DNA of 64,000 nucleotides from Alphaproteobacteria bacterium (GTDB lineage: Bacteria; Pseudomonadota; Alphaproteobacteria; UBA2966): the NCBI GenBank assembly GCA_964291395.2, contig OZ219858.1, positions 1,120,001 to 1,184,000 of the forward strand, given 5' to 3'. The notes under the pieces are model-generated. The model searched no databases, was not told the origin of the DNA, and was given only the letters and a program-made list of their open reading frames with translations. The position numbers were made by a program, and so were the translations under genes. Shown here one piece after another: positions 10,490-20,149 of the stretch. Each line of letters opens with the position of its first letter. Position 1 is the first letter of the stretch.

Positions 10490-10565
10490 GTGGTGCTAGG
10501 TGGCTTTGCAGCCGAACATCGGCAGGTGAAAGCGATGGTCTGTGAGTCGGGAAGCCGAAGGTTGT

Positions 10566-10604
10566 GGCGTCAATCGGATAGAGGTCGACCATCCGATTGA
10601 CGCC
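10566..10604. repeat. Perfect 14-bp inverted repeat between SBP and permease genes
   Basis: GGCGTCAATCGGAT-(11 nt)-ATCCGATTGACGCC. Confidence 0.85.
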
Positions 10605-10694
10605 CAGTTCTCGTCGGTGTCGCGTATCGATACAAGGAGGTCTCACCGACAAAGAACGGCGCACACGGCATAGCGCCGCGCGCGCAACTCCTGC

Positions 10695-12302
10695 TTATCC
10701 CTCGCACTTCAGGTCGCGCCAATAGGTGTATGGCACGGGGCGGAATACCCAGCCGGAAATGCACGGCGCCATCACCGCATGAACCCCGGGGAAGAACGTG
10801 GCGATCATCGTTGCGTCGTCCGCGATCATCTTTTGCGCCTTCGCGATCATCTCGAGCCACTTCTCGTCATCCTGCTCGACGACGATCGCATCGATGAGCG
10901 CGTCCAACTCCTCGGTGATGTAGGCATTCACGTTGTTCGACCCTTTGGAATGGGCGCTGAGAAGGAACGCGTACCCCGGATCCAACACGAATGGCGTGGT
11001 CAAATACGTGAAGAAAGGCAGCGTGCGCTCTCCCGGTCCGCGTCGAGTCAACATGTCCGTCGCGGGAATACGCTTGAGGTTGAGAGTGATTCCAGCCGCC
11101 GCCACCGAGTCCTTGACTTGGACGGCCAGCGCTTCTTCCCACCACCAAAAACTGGAATATTCCAAAGTCAGTTCGAGCCCATCCGAATAACCGGCTTCGG
11201 CCAAGAGCTGCTTCGCTTTGGCGATGTCGTGTTCGTACATGTAGACTTCTTTGTGCCCCGGCAACAGTGGGGGCAGGAACGACCGAGAACGCGTACCCAA
11301 CCCGAGGAAGACTGCCTCGTTGATGGCGTCAAAGTCCGTCGCATGGATCAAGGCTTTACGCACACGAATGTCATTGAATGGCTCGTAATTTGCGTTGATC
11401 GGCAGGATGGCAGGTCCGGTTCCTGAAACGGATTCGACCTTGACGTTCGGATCATCCATAAGCTCCCGAACCTGCTGAATCGGAATCTGTTCAGCCCACT
11501 GGACTTCACCGCTCTTGATGAGTGTTGTCCGTGCCGCTGCGGACGGCACCTCGCGGAACACCACCCGCGTGAAATACGGCTGCTCGAAGATATAGTTGGG
11601 GTTGGCGATGAACACCGCACCTTCGCCCGCGCGCAGGGATTCCATGTGGTAGGCGCCGAAGCCGGCGGTATTCTTTGAGATCCACTCCAAGGCCCACGGA
11701 TCGTCGTCGGTGATGTGCTTCTTCACCTCCGTGGAGTCGTATGTGCTCGGCGAATACAGCGTCAGCACCTTGAGGAAAATACGGTTTGCCGCCGAAAGAT
11801 TGAAGCGAACGCGGTACTTGTCGACAGCTTCGACGCTCTCGACGCTCGCGACGGTTCTGAGAAAACGTCCGGTCCGCTTCTGAGGTACCGACTTCTCCCA
11901 ACCCCAAACGACGTCCGCCGACGTCATTTCATTTCCATATACACTCCGAACACCTTCGCGCAGCTTGAACTCGTAGACTTTGCCGTCGTCAGACACGGTC
12001 CAACTTTCGGCGAGATGCGGCAGAATGACATTGGCATCGACAAACTCCCGACCGTTTTCGTCGGTCGTCCGGCCGTAGCGTGTCAAGCCCTCGTAAACGT
12101 TGACAATACTCTCAATCATCCCAGGGACCCAGAAATCTGGGTCAAGGCCCTTGGGGGTGGTGACTGCTGCGACGACCAACGTCTTGCCTTGCGCGTGCAG
12201 CGTTTCGACGGGGCGCAACAGGAAAACGAGCCCGACAGAGACAAATGCGATGGACAGAACACGCCCGCTGCGCAGAGCTGCCCTCATTATCGAACCGTTC
12301 AT
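10695..12302 (-). CDS. ABC transporter substrate-binding protein family 5 (DppA-like)
   Basis: PHLAESWTVSDDGKVYEFKLREGV, PFNDIRVRKAL, AKQLLAEAGY; AAGGAG RBS before ATG 12302. Confidence 0.92.
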   Translation of the reverse strand: MNGSIMRAALRSGRVLSIAFVSVGLVFLLRPVETLHAQGKTLVVAAVTTPKGLDPDFWVPGMIESIVNVYEGLTRYGRTTDENGREFVDANVILPHLAESWTVSDDGKVYEFKLREGVRSVYGNEMTSADVVWGWEKSVPQKRTGRFLRTVASVESVEAVDKYRVRFNLSAANRIFLKVLTLYSPSTYDSTEVKKHITDDDPWALEWISKNTAGFGAYHMESLRAGEGAVFIANPNYIFEQPYFTRVVFREVPSAAARTTLIKSGEVQWAEQIPIQQVRELMDDPNVKVESVSGTGPAILPINANYEPFNDIRVRKALIHATDFDAINEAVFLGLGTRSRSFLPPLLPGHKEVYMYEHDIAKAKQLLAEAGYSDGLELTLEYSSFWWWEEALAVQVKDSVAAAGITLNLKRIPATDMLTRRGPGERTLPFFTYLTTPFVLDPGYAFLLSAHSKGSNNVNAYITEELDALIDAIVVEQDDEKWLEMIAKAQKMIADDATMIATFFPGVHAVMAPCISGWVFRPVPYTYWRDLKCEG

Positions 12303-12472
12303 GATTTCCACTCCTTGGTTGTATGGCTTATAGGCAGGTACAACACGGGAGCCTACACGCGAAAAGTATCATATCATCAGGTGGCCCGCTAATAATCTGG
12401 TCGCACAGGGAGTCTCAGTCATCGTTCAGAGCATATTGTCGAAACCGATACCGCCGAGATGAAGAAATCCGG

Positions 12473-12637
12473 ATCGAAACAGACTACGTCATCGCTGGCT
12501 TCGGGTCCGCGGGATGTGTCCCCGCCAACCGTTCTTCAGCCCACGCGGACTCCAAAGTGGTTCGACTGGAGAGCGGCAGCACCAACGCTCCGACACTGAT
12601 GATTGCAGAGAAATCAGCGGAAATGGTTCGAGCATGA
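12473..12637 (+). pseudogene. GMC oxidoreductase remnant: N-terminus fused directly to C-terminus
   Basis: IETDYVIAGFGSAGCVPANR...LESG joined to STNAPTLMIAEKSAEMV; compare intact GMC 24294..25922. Confidence 0.8.
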
Positions 12638-13314
12638 CACAGATCAGCTCAAAGGATGCCGATCCTCGTGACATCGATCTCGGCAAAACGCTGGTGCTGT
12701 TGACATATACACTTCCTCCCGACGCGAGACGACGGGGATACAACGAGTGGCTCCGGCAGGTCGACAACCCCTTTTTCAACTCGATCGTCGGGATCGAGCA
12801 CTACTCGAACTGGGAGATCCTTGAAAGCGATCGCGTGTCCCTCCCGTTCTCCCACTTTGATCTTTTGTTCGTGGATGGACCGGACTCCTTGGAGGGCGTT
12901 TGGTTTAATCAAGAACTCGAAGTCTTTCGACGGGAGTGGATGGAGAAATGGGGATACGGCGGAAACGAAACCCCTCCCGCCAACGCGGTTGCTTATCTGG
13001 CATCCGGGCCGGCGGCGGGCGAGGTATCTGTTGGCCAACTGCGCCGCTTTTCCGCCCACTGCAACAAGGTCGCGGATGGCCGTTCCTCACGCGATCTCTG
13101 GCTCGTGAGCCACCTGGTGGTCAAGCATTGGGCCAAAGAAAGCGACGGCCCCTGGCGGTACCCCGTGCGCGAGTCGGCCGCTTCCTGGCTGAGCGCATTC
13201 GCCACTGAACCCGCCGACTCGCAGGTTCTGGGAGAGGCCCCGCATGACGTCGATGTCGTCTCATGCATTGCGCGGTGCATCGCCGCACCCTCGTCGGACC
13301 CGCCCGCGCGGTGA
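12634..13314 (+). CDS. Hypothetical protein, possibly EthD-like dimeric alpha-beta barrel at N-terminus
   Basis: ATGA overlap with the GMC remnant; YNEWLRQVDNP pattern; fold call is tentative. Confidence 0.6.
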   Translation: MTQISSKDADPRDIDLGKTLVLLTYTLPPDARRRGYNEWLRQVDNPFFNSIVGIEHYSNWEILESDRVSLPFSHFDLLFVDGPDSLEGVWFNQELEVFRREWMEKWGYGGNETPPANAVAYLASGPAAGEVSVGQLRRFSAHCNKVADGRSSRDLWLVSHLVVKHWAKESDGPWRYPVRESAASWLSAFATEPADSQVLGEAPHDVDVVSCIARCIAAPSSDPPAR

Positions 13315-13340
13315 AGAACGCCGAGATGGCGCTAGGTCAT

Positions 13341-13520
13341 TGTGGGCGACTTGAGACACAGGTGACGTTTTGTGTCGGACACATGGGTAACACTTGTGGC
13401 CATTTGGCCGGAGGTGTTGACGCCGTGGAAATGGAGTTCGGTGACGGAAGAACGTCCAAGATTGCTAGCCCGCTTGCTTGACGGCGAGGGAATGAGCGCC
13501 GTATGCCGGACATCGTGCAA
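13341..13520 (+). mobile_element. IS481-family left end and transposase N-terminal fragment
   Basis: TGT...GACACATGGGTAACACTT end sequence; PWKWSSVTEERPRLLARLLDGEGMSAVCR resembles IS481 MPWKE...EERLRFVARLLDGE. Confidence 0.7.
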
Positions 13521-13664
13521 TCCCGCTTCCGCCCGTATGCTCCGCCAGGGGACGAGGCATGGTGTGCATGTCCCCGGCGCGGAGCAGGGTGACTAGGTTT
13601 TCGCCGGCCATCAGCAGCTGCATGGCTTCGACGATGAACAAGAGGCGGCTCGGCACGCGCCAGC

Positions 13665-13902
13665 CTCGACGACGTGCGCATCTGCGACCTTCGGCATCTC
13701 CTTCGCCTCGAGCGCGGTGGGGTTCGGTCAGAGCCTACCCATGATCGGCAAACTCGGCCACACCCAGGCCCGGACCACGGCTCGTTATGTCCACCTCGCG
13801 ACCGACCCGATGCAGGCGGCGGAGCAGGTGATATCGAATATCGCCTCCATTCTCTATGGCAGACTATTGCAAAGCCAAGACGCCGACGCTGAATTGGCAT
13901 GA
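13665..13902 (+). pseudogene. Tyrosine recombinase/integrase C-terminal fragment
   Basis: LDDVRICDLRH, then frameshifted QSLPMIGKLGHTQARTTARYVHL (HxxR, LGH and catalytic Tyr boxes). Confidence 0.8.
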
Positions 13903-13968
13903 AAATCATCGGATGAGGTTGTCGGCGTGCCCGCACTCGGCCCTGCCGGTTGATATCGCGCCAAACAC

Positions 13969-15546
13969 CTACCGCCAGCCGAGGTTACCCGGATTGAGGA
14001 TGCCGCCAGGATCCAACTGCCCTTTGATGGTCGTCAGCAGATCGTAGGTTTCGGGCTCCAACGCGCCACGGAAGTCGTAGTACTTGCCGATTTGCGCTGA
14101 CACCGCACCCAGGTCGAAGAACAGGTCTCTGAGTTCGCCTCGTAGCTGCGTAACAACGGCGCGCGCATGCGGATTGGCCTCGATCTGGGCGAAGCGCGAA
14201 TATTTCGCTTCGTCCAGGTATCGGGCGTAGAAGTCGCCGACATCGTCAAACCAGTAGAACATCGGTTCAAGAAGCCAGAAGGGACCGTTGATCGCCGTCA
14301 GGTAGGAATGCGCAACGTCGCTCTCGCTCATCAGGCCGGCGTGCTCGGCGAAGAACGCCTGTACGCGCTCGACAACCTCCTGAGTGCGAGACAGAGGAAA
14401 TATGCCATGGACGGGAACCCATCGCTCACCCTGCAGACCGAGGAAGCCACGGATCGAAAACGGCCGCGCCCGCAGAGCGACGGGAAGGCTTGGCTCGAGG
14501 GGACGGCCACCGTGACCGGCGCAGATCGCTGATAGGACCCCCGTGGCACGGTCTGCGGTCTCCTGATCGAAACCCTCGGCCGTCAGGTGCAGAGACCATT
14601 GCGCGTCTTCGTAGGTGCCTCGGCCGGCCGCAACCATCCCGGCTGCATCCTTGAGGCCGCGCACGATCGAGCTGCGGCTGCGGACAACGTCGCGCACAGT
14701 TGGCGCTATCTCGCCCAAATCGACTTTTGTCGCCGTCCTCGTTTTGAGGGGGTCCATGCCTAAGCTTTTCGCCGCGAGGCCGGTTCGCGCGACATCGGCC
14801 ATCGCCGCCGCCATCGTGGCGAGGTTTTCGAAGGCGTAGGAAGCGAAAGCGACACCCGCCGGGATCCGCTCAATTCGCAACGTGAGCCGCGTCTTGACGC
14901 CGAGGGCTCCCGTATCGCCAAGAAAGAGGCCGGTCAAGTCGGGACCAAAATGACGATAAAAGGGTGATTGGGCCCGCCGAATCGCCGACGATCCGGTGCG
15001 GACGATGCGGCCATCGGAGAGCACCACCTCAAGACCAACAATCGACTCCATGCTGCCAGGCACGTTCTGGGACGCCGCGCCGCCTACGGTCGAAAACGCA
15101 CCAGAAATTGGCCCCGCCATTGCAGTCCGCAACCCACGCGGCCGAAGGGCGTCCATGATCTGCTGCCATGAAACTGCGCAGCCTACCGTCACATAGAGGT
15201 CGGCTTCGTTGATTTCCTCAATCTCGTTCAGGTGCCCAAGGTCGATCAGAATGGTGCCAGGCTTTTCCGGCACATATCCTTGCGTGTAGGAAAGGCCGCC
15301 GCCCCTCGGCGCAACCGCCAGCCCATGACGGCCGGCCAGTTTGAGGATAGCGGAGATTTGGGATGCGTCCGCGGGACGAACCGCAAACTCGATCAGAGGC
15401 GCATCCTCCCATTGGAAAACATCGCGGGAATAAAACTCCCGCTCTTTTGCTTCCCGGATGACATTTTGGTTCCCGACGATCGCGGCAAAGTCTTCGGCGA
15501 GTTCGTCGTGGCCGCCTTTTGCAGAAGTTTCGGCCGATTCCGTCAC
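13969..15546 (-). CDS. FAD-binding oxidoreductase (VAO/PCMH family)
   Basis: PRGGGLSYTQG, GLEVVLSDG, GPDLTGLFLGDTGALG, LDPGGILNPG. Confidence 0.9.
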   Translation of the reverse strand: MTESAETSAKGGHDELAEDFAAIVGNQNVIREAKEREFYSRDVFQWEDAPLIEFAVRPADASQISAILKLAGRHGLAVAPRGGGLSYTQGYVPEKPGTILIDLGHLNEIEEINEADLYVTVGCAVSWQQIMDALRPRGLRTAMAGPISGAFSTVGGAASQNVPGSMESIVGLEVVLSDGRIVRTGSSAIRRAQSPFYRHFGPDLTGLFLGDTGALGVKTRLTLRIERIPAGVAFASYAFENLATMAAAMADVARTGLAAKSLGMDPLKTRTATKVDLGEIAPTVRDVVRSRSSIVRGLKDAAGMVAAGRGTYEDAQWSLHLTAEGFDQETADRATGVLSAICAGHGGRPLEPSLPVALRARPFSIRGFLGLQGERWVPVHGIFPLSRTQEVVERVQAFFAEHAGLMSESDVAHSYLTAINGPFWLLEPMFYWFDDVGDFYARYLDEAKYSRFAQIEANPHARAVVTQLRGELRDLFFDLGAVSAQIGKYYDFRGALEPETYDLLTTIKGQLDPGGILNPGNLGWR

Positions 15547-17120
15547 GGGTCATAATTTCCGCGATTCACGGAGTCGCGGAGTTCGCGATGCAGGATCTTG
15601 CCGCTCGCGTTTTTCGGCAGGGCATCAACAAAGTTGAACTCTTTTGGAAGTTTGTAACGCGAGAGCGCCCTTGCGCACCTCTCCTTCAATGCGTCGGCGG
15701 TGACCGATTGGCCAGGCGCTAGCACTACGAACGCCGTGACCGCCTCTCCCCAATAGTCGTCATTCTTGCCGACCACAGCCGCCTCGCTAACCGCGGGGTC
15801 GCGGTAGAGAACCTCTTCAATCTCGCGCGGAAAGATGTTCTGCCCACCGGAAATGATGACGTTATTCTTGCGGTCAATTAGATAAAGGTACCCTTCGTCG
15901 TCGAGGCGGCCGAGATCACCGACCGAACACCAGCCATCGACGATGGCTTCGGAGGTCGCTTCGGGCTTGTTCCAGTAACCGTTGAAAAGCCAACTGTTCC
16001 GGATCCATATCTCGCCCGTTTCACCCGGCGCCACCGGCTTGCGCGCGTCGTCGCGGACTTCGAGCCAAACCCCGGGGCTCGGCTGTCCGACACAACTTAT
16101 CTTCCTCAGCTGATCCTCCGGTCGAAGGAATGTACAGCCGCCGCACTCTGTCGATCCATAGGTCTCGAACAACACGTCGTCACCGAAGAAATCGACGATT
16201 TGTTCTTTGGTCGCTTGTGGCAGCGGCGCGGCATTCGAATGGATCGCCTTGAGCGAGCTGACATCGAAACCGCCGAGTTGCGTCTCCGGCATGTTGAAGA
16301 TTGCGTGAAAGTGTGTCGGCACCATGAACATGCTTGTGATGCGACGGTCGTGAACCGCGCGGAGCAAGAGCTCCGGTTCGAACTTTGGGAGGATGTGAGT
16401 CGTGCCGCCAAAGAACGTACCGGCCAGTCCGTTGATGAACCCGGCCCCATTGTGAAACGGCGACGTCGCAAGCGGTCGCGCTTCCGGCGTGTAGCAACCC
16501 AGATTCCCCGCCATCGCGAAAAGCATGTGATTGACCCGCGATCGGTGTGACAACAAAACGCCTTTCGGCTTGCCGGTCGTTCCCGACGTGTAGGGTATTG
16601 AAAATACGTCCCATTCTTCGACGCGAACGTCGGGCGGCGTGGCCGCCGCGCGGGACAGCAATCGTTCGTATTCGCTGGCCTCGTTGCCGGGGTCGACGAC
16701 CACGATTTTCTCAACGGTGTCGAGGTCTGCAGCCCGCGCCGTCTCCTCGGCGCTCTGGTGGACGAACAGCACGCGCGCGCCACTGTCGTTACAGATATAA
16801 GCCGTTTCCGATGCGGTCGATCGCGCACTGATCATTGCCGGAGCGACACCGATTTCAGACAGACCACAAGTGATCTCAATGAACTCGATACAATTTGGGC
16901 ACATGAGCGCGACGTGATCGCCCGCCGAGAGTCCGAGGCCCACGCCCAGATTCGACACCCGGTTGACCCTGTCGATCAGCTGCGCATGAGTGATATCCCG
17001 ATACTCGGATGTGTAGGCGAGCTTGGATGGCGTGCGCTGCGCGCTCGTGCGCAGCCCTTCGCTGATCGAAACAGGCCTGAAGGACAGCGGTCTCTGGGGC
17101 GCGGAGACGGCAATCGTCAT
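15543..17120 (-). CDS. Acyl-CoA synthetase / AMP-binding ligase
   Basis: YTSGTTGKPKG, YGSTE, GDLG, SGGQNIFPREIE, LPKNASGK. Confidence 0.93.
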   Translation of the reverse strand: MTIAVSAPQRPLSFRPVSISEGLRTSAQRTPSKLAYTSEYRDITHAQLIDRVNRVSNLGVGLGLSAGDHVALMCPNCIEFIEITCGLSEIGVAPAMISARSTASETAYICNDSGARVLFVHQSAEETARAADLDTVEKIVVVDPGNEASEYERLLSRAAATPPDVRVEEWDVFSIPYTSGTTGKPKGVLLSHRSRVNHMLFAMAGNLGCYTPEARPLATSPFHNGAGFINGLAGTFFGGTTHILPKFEPELLLRAVHDRRITSMFMVPTHFHAIFNMPETQLGGFDVSSLKAIHSNAAPLPQATKEQIVDFFGDDVLFETYGSTECGGCTFLRPEDQLRKISCVGQPSPGVWLEVRDDARKPVAPGETGEIWIRNSWLFNGYWNKPEATSEAIVDGWCSVGDLGRLDDEGYLYLIDRKNNVIISGGQNIFPREIEEVLYRDPAVSEAAVVGKNDDYWGEAVTAFVVLAPGQSVTADALKERCARALSRYKLPKEFNFVDALPKNASGKILHRELRDSVNRGNYDP

Positions 17121-17132
17121 GTTGGCGCGACC

Positions 17133-17978
17133 TTAGTATCGCGGCAGCGCTGCGAGTGGGGTCGCGCCGCATGCTGCAAGCTCCGGCGGCAGGACCGGTT
17201 TATGTTCGGGCTGGTAAGTGTGTGGCACTGGCGCATCGAGCTCCGTTGTCAACGGTCCGCCCACGCTCCGAAGGAGGATCAAGGCGCCCGTCGGGCTGCC
17301 GTAAGGTCCGTGCGTCACCATTGGCGGTCGCCAGCAATAGGCGCCCGCCTGCATGATGCCGCAGTTCCCGGCCAACGTTCCACCCAGAACGTAGAACTCC
17401 TGCACGACCGGATGACGTTCCGGTGGGGCGATCGGCTTGAATGGCACGACACCCGCAAGATAGGAGATATCACCGCCCACCGGGTCGGTGAACAACGACA
17501 ACAGCCGTGAAGTCGATGAGATCTCCGTCAAACCCATGGCGTCGACATCGGCGTTGCCCCAATCGCCCTCCGCGGCCGAAACTTTCGTAACAAGCCGGTC
17601 CTCGCGAAAACCAGGTCCCTGTCGCAAGGACCTATCCACCGGCCCGTCGAAAAACGTCAGCGCGACAGCCCCGTCTGGTGCCGCGGCGCATTCGCGTTCG
17701 AACCCGGCCGGCAAATGGGCATAGGTGTCCGGCCCGTATTCAATCGCGTTGATCGTCAGCGCGCCGTCGAGGACATAGAACTCCTCATCCGTGGTCAAGG
17801 ACTCTGGCGCGTCGCGCGTCCATCCTGCGGGGTACCGAACAATACACGTCGCCGCACCGGTGTCTCGGTCGATACTGAGGGTTTTGGTTTCGACATCGAG
17901 GCGGGCGGAGCCGCCAGCGACCCCGTTTTGCCACGGGAGCGCCTGCGCTTGAACGAATTCGATATGGTGACGCCCCAT
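17133..17978 (-). CDS. Bicupin protein (DUF4437/ChrR-like)
   Basis: MGRHHIEFVQAQALPW start; two repeats EEFYVLDG / ERHPVVQEFYVLGG...YCWRPP...HGP. Confidence 0.75.
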   Translation of the reverse strand: MGRHHIEFVQAQALPWQNGVAGGSARLDVETKTLSIDRDTGAATCIVRYPAGWTRDAPESLTTDEEFYVLDGALTINAIEYGPDTYAHLPAGFERECAAAPDGAVALTFFDGPVDRSLRQGPGFREDRLVTKVSAAEGDWGNADVDAMGLTEISSTSRLLSLFTDPVGGDISYLAGVVPFKPIAPPERHPVVQEFYVLGGTLAGNCGIMQAGAYCWRPPMVTHGPYGSPTGALILLRSVGGPLTTELDAPVPHTYQPEHKPVLPPELAACGATPLAALPRY

Positions 17979-17985
17979 CGCGACC

Positions 17986-18789
17986 CTATTGAATTTCAAG
18001 TGCGTGGCCGACGCACAGCAAAGTGCAACCGACGTCCGTCGGTTCCGGCGCAAGTTTGACCGATGTTCCGGTTCCCCACCTCGCAAACACGCCCTCATTG
18101 ATTCGGACGACGGTATCGTCGAACCGCGCAGGAACCGAGCCTTGCACGCCGTAGACCCAGCAGCGCCGACGCGCCGGTATGAGATCCTCCGTGGCCTGCC
18201 AACCGGGCGGAATCTGAACGAGCGAGATCGGATGGCGGCGGGGGTCGTCGGTGTCTGCGTCAAGGCTGCGCCACGCCAAGCCCGCCGTTCGCGGATGTGG
18301 AGACCACGGGAGGGAATCGGTGTCGATAACGGTCGGCGACGTGAAGGACTCTCCAAAATCACCCGGGTCTGGAGAAAACGGCACCGGAATGCTCTCTTCC
18401 GGGTCTGTTTCGAACTCAGCGCCGCCGCTCGTCCATATCAGGAATTCGGCACCGTTGCGCGACTCCGGCGTCGGCCTTCGCCCGTGGATACTGAGCGGCC
18501 ACCGGTCCATGAACGTGCCGCGCCGATACACGAGGAGATGTCCGTCCAGATCGAGAGGTGAATCGTACTCCCAGCACGGCAGATCACCGTGAAGCCAGAA
18601 GAACGTCTCTCGGACGCTAAGGTGGAGTTGGCGCCCGGCAGGTGCGCCACCGGGCGGGACTTGCCGCAGATGGACATAGCCACCGGTGTCTTCGTCTCGG
18701 TCCAACACCTTGCGAGTCGATCCGGCGAGGACATGCGGTTCCCACGGAACCTCCGACGTGTCGATAATCGAAACGCCCGTGTTTGCCAC
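17986..18789 (-). CDS. Second bicupin-like protein
   Basis: GTG start at 18789; IIDTSEVPW and VIDTDSLPW repeats; H-x3-RETFFWLHG...IHG metal-type motif. Confidence 0.7.
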   Translation of the reverse strand: MANTGVSIIDTSEVPWEPHVLAGSTRKVLDRDEDTGGYVHLRQVPPGGAPAGRQLHLSVRETFFWLHGDLPCWEYDSPLDLDGHLLVYRRGTFMDRWPLSIHGRRPTPESRNGAEFLIWTSGGAEFETDPEESIPVPFSPDPGDFGESFTSPTVIDTDSLPWSPHPRTAGLAWRSLDADTDDPRRHPISLVQIPPGWQATEDLIPARRRCWVYGVQGSVPARFDDTVVRINEGVFARWGTGTSVKLAPEPTDVGCTLLCVGHALEIQ

Positions 18790-18803
18790 AGTCGTCTCTC
18801 TGC

Positions 18804-19727
18804 CTAGAGCCGAACCGGGTTGGGCACGTCCGCGTTCCAAAACTTGGGCTTCGTCCGCAGGCCGCTGGAGCGCAACTTGAACACACGAATCGCATTCCCT
18901 CGCGCGACACTCTTGTAGGACGTGGGACGGAAGCCAAGATCGTTCATTTCGTTGACCGCTCGAACGGGATTGATCACCGGCCAGTCCGTGCCAAAAAGAA
19001 ATTTGTGCGAGCCGTAGGTATTGGCGTAGTGGACCATCCGCTCGGGCCAGTATCGCGGCGCATAGGCGTCTCCGCCGATGTAGATGTTCTCGTGTTTCCA
19101 CGCCATTGAGATCATCTCGTCGGTCCAAGGAACTCCGAGGTGGATGCCCAACAGACGCAATTCCGGGTAGAGAATGGCAATGCGGTCGAGCGTGATCGGT
19201 TGGGCCAGACTCGGCAAGCGACGGTGGCGTTGGTAGACCAGGTTGTGGCCAACCTGCATCATAATCGGGATGTCCAATTCGACGCACTTCGCGTAGATCG
19301 GAAAGACGTAGGGATGGTCCGGCGCCATTTCGAACCAGTGGGGATAGAAATGCGCGCCGACGAAGCCGTACTCCGCAACCGCTTTCTCAAGCTCATAGAG
19401 CTGCTTTATTCCCAACAGAGGGTTCACGCCGGCAAGACCTGAGAAACGGTCTGGATACTTGCTGCAGATGTCGTAGACGTACTTGTAGGGAATCTCGGTC
19501 GATCCCTTGACGTTCATATCGCCGCAGCGGGTTGCGATGAGCAGGGAGCGCTCAATCCCGGCGCGGTCCATCATTCTCAAGTAAGAGGGAATCGTGACCC
19601 CCTTGCGTACCGATCTGGGCTGGCGGATCTGATCTCGGAACGTATCGTCGCTTGGCGACTGCCCGCGCCGCACCACCGCCGGCGTGGTGACGTTGCACAC
19701 GATGTCGATCAAGCCCTTGACGCTCAC
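18804..19727 (-). CDS. Amidohydrolase_2 family protein
   Basis: YPDRFSGLAGVNP, GAHFYPHW, HLGVPWTDE, FGTDWP, GNAIRVF. Confidence 0.88.
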   Translation of the reverse strand: MSVKGLIDIVCNVTTPAVVRRGQSPSDDTFRDQIRQPRSVRKGVTIPSYLRMMDRAGIERSLLIATRCGDMNVKGSTEIPYKYVYDICSKYPDRFSGLAGVNPLLGIKQLYELEKAVAEYGFVGAHFYPHWFEMAPDHPYVFPIYAKCVELDIPIMMQVGHNLVYQRHRRLPSLAQPITLDRIAILYPELRLLGIHLGVPWTDEMISMAWKHENIYIGGDAYAPRYWPERMVHYANTYGSHKFLFGTDWPVINPVRAVNEMNDLGFRPTSYKSVARGNAIRVFKLRSSGLRTKPKFWNADVPNPVRL

Positions 19728-19840
19728 GGAGGTTCGTCCCCTTGCCTATGTCTTCACCATGATAACGCGCCGCTGAGGCGCCGCAAGGCGAGGCAATTGT
19801 GGTTTGCGACGCTAGTCGCAGCCAACGTGGGCGATGTCAA

Positions 19841-20121
19841 CTACCGGATTGAGTCGGTTGCGCCGAACATGTCGTCATAGCTCAGCACGGGCATCGTCTC
19901 GACACGTCCCTATCCATCCTTGGCGTGCCATCAAGAAAAGGCGAGTATCGCAGCGTGACTCGTTGCGTCGACGATGTCGAAAAATCCTATCGGCTAAGCA
20001 GGTATCCCCCGAATTCGCGTTTGACGTCCAACTTTTCGAGAACAGCGCGGGTGACGTCCCGGCGCTTGAGTGGCTTGCCCATTCCGCCAGGGTCGTGTTT
20101 GCCAACAATCACGAATCTCAT
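19841..20121 (-). pseudogene. GYD domain pseudogene, paralogue of 2592..2873
   Basis: MRFVIVGKHDP...YLLSR*DF/DIVDATSHAAILAFS*WHAKDG*GRVETMPVLSYDDM; three stops and one frameshift near 19985. Confidence 0.8.
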
Positions 20122-20149
20122 ACCGTCCTCCCAGATGCCGCTGCGTGGG

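Noticed and set aside
17133-19287. Long ORF-track versions of the two cupins (409 and 433 aa)
   Set aside because: The extensions overlap upstream genes in other frames; the likely starts are 17978 and 18789.
19841-20121. Stop-codon readthrough (Sec/Pyl) in the second GYD gene
   Set aside because: Mixed TAG and TGA stops at non-Cys/Lys positions plus a frameshift indicate decay.
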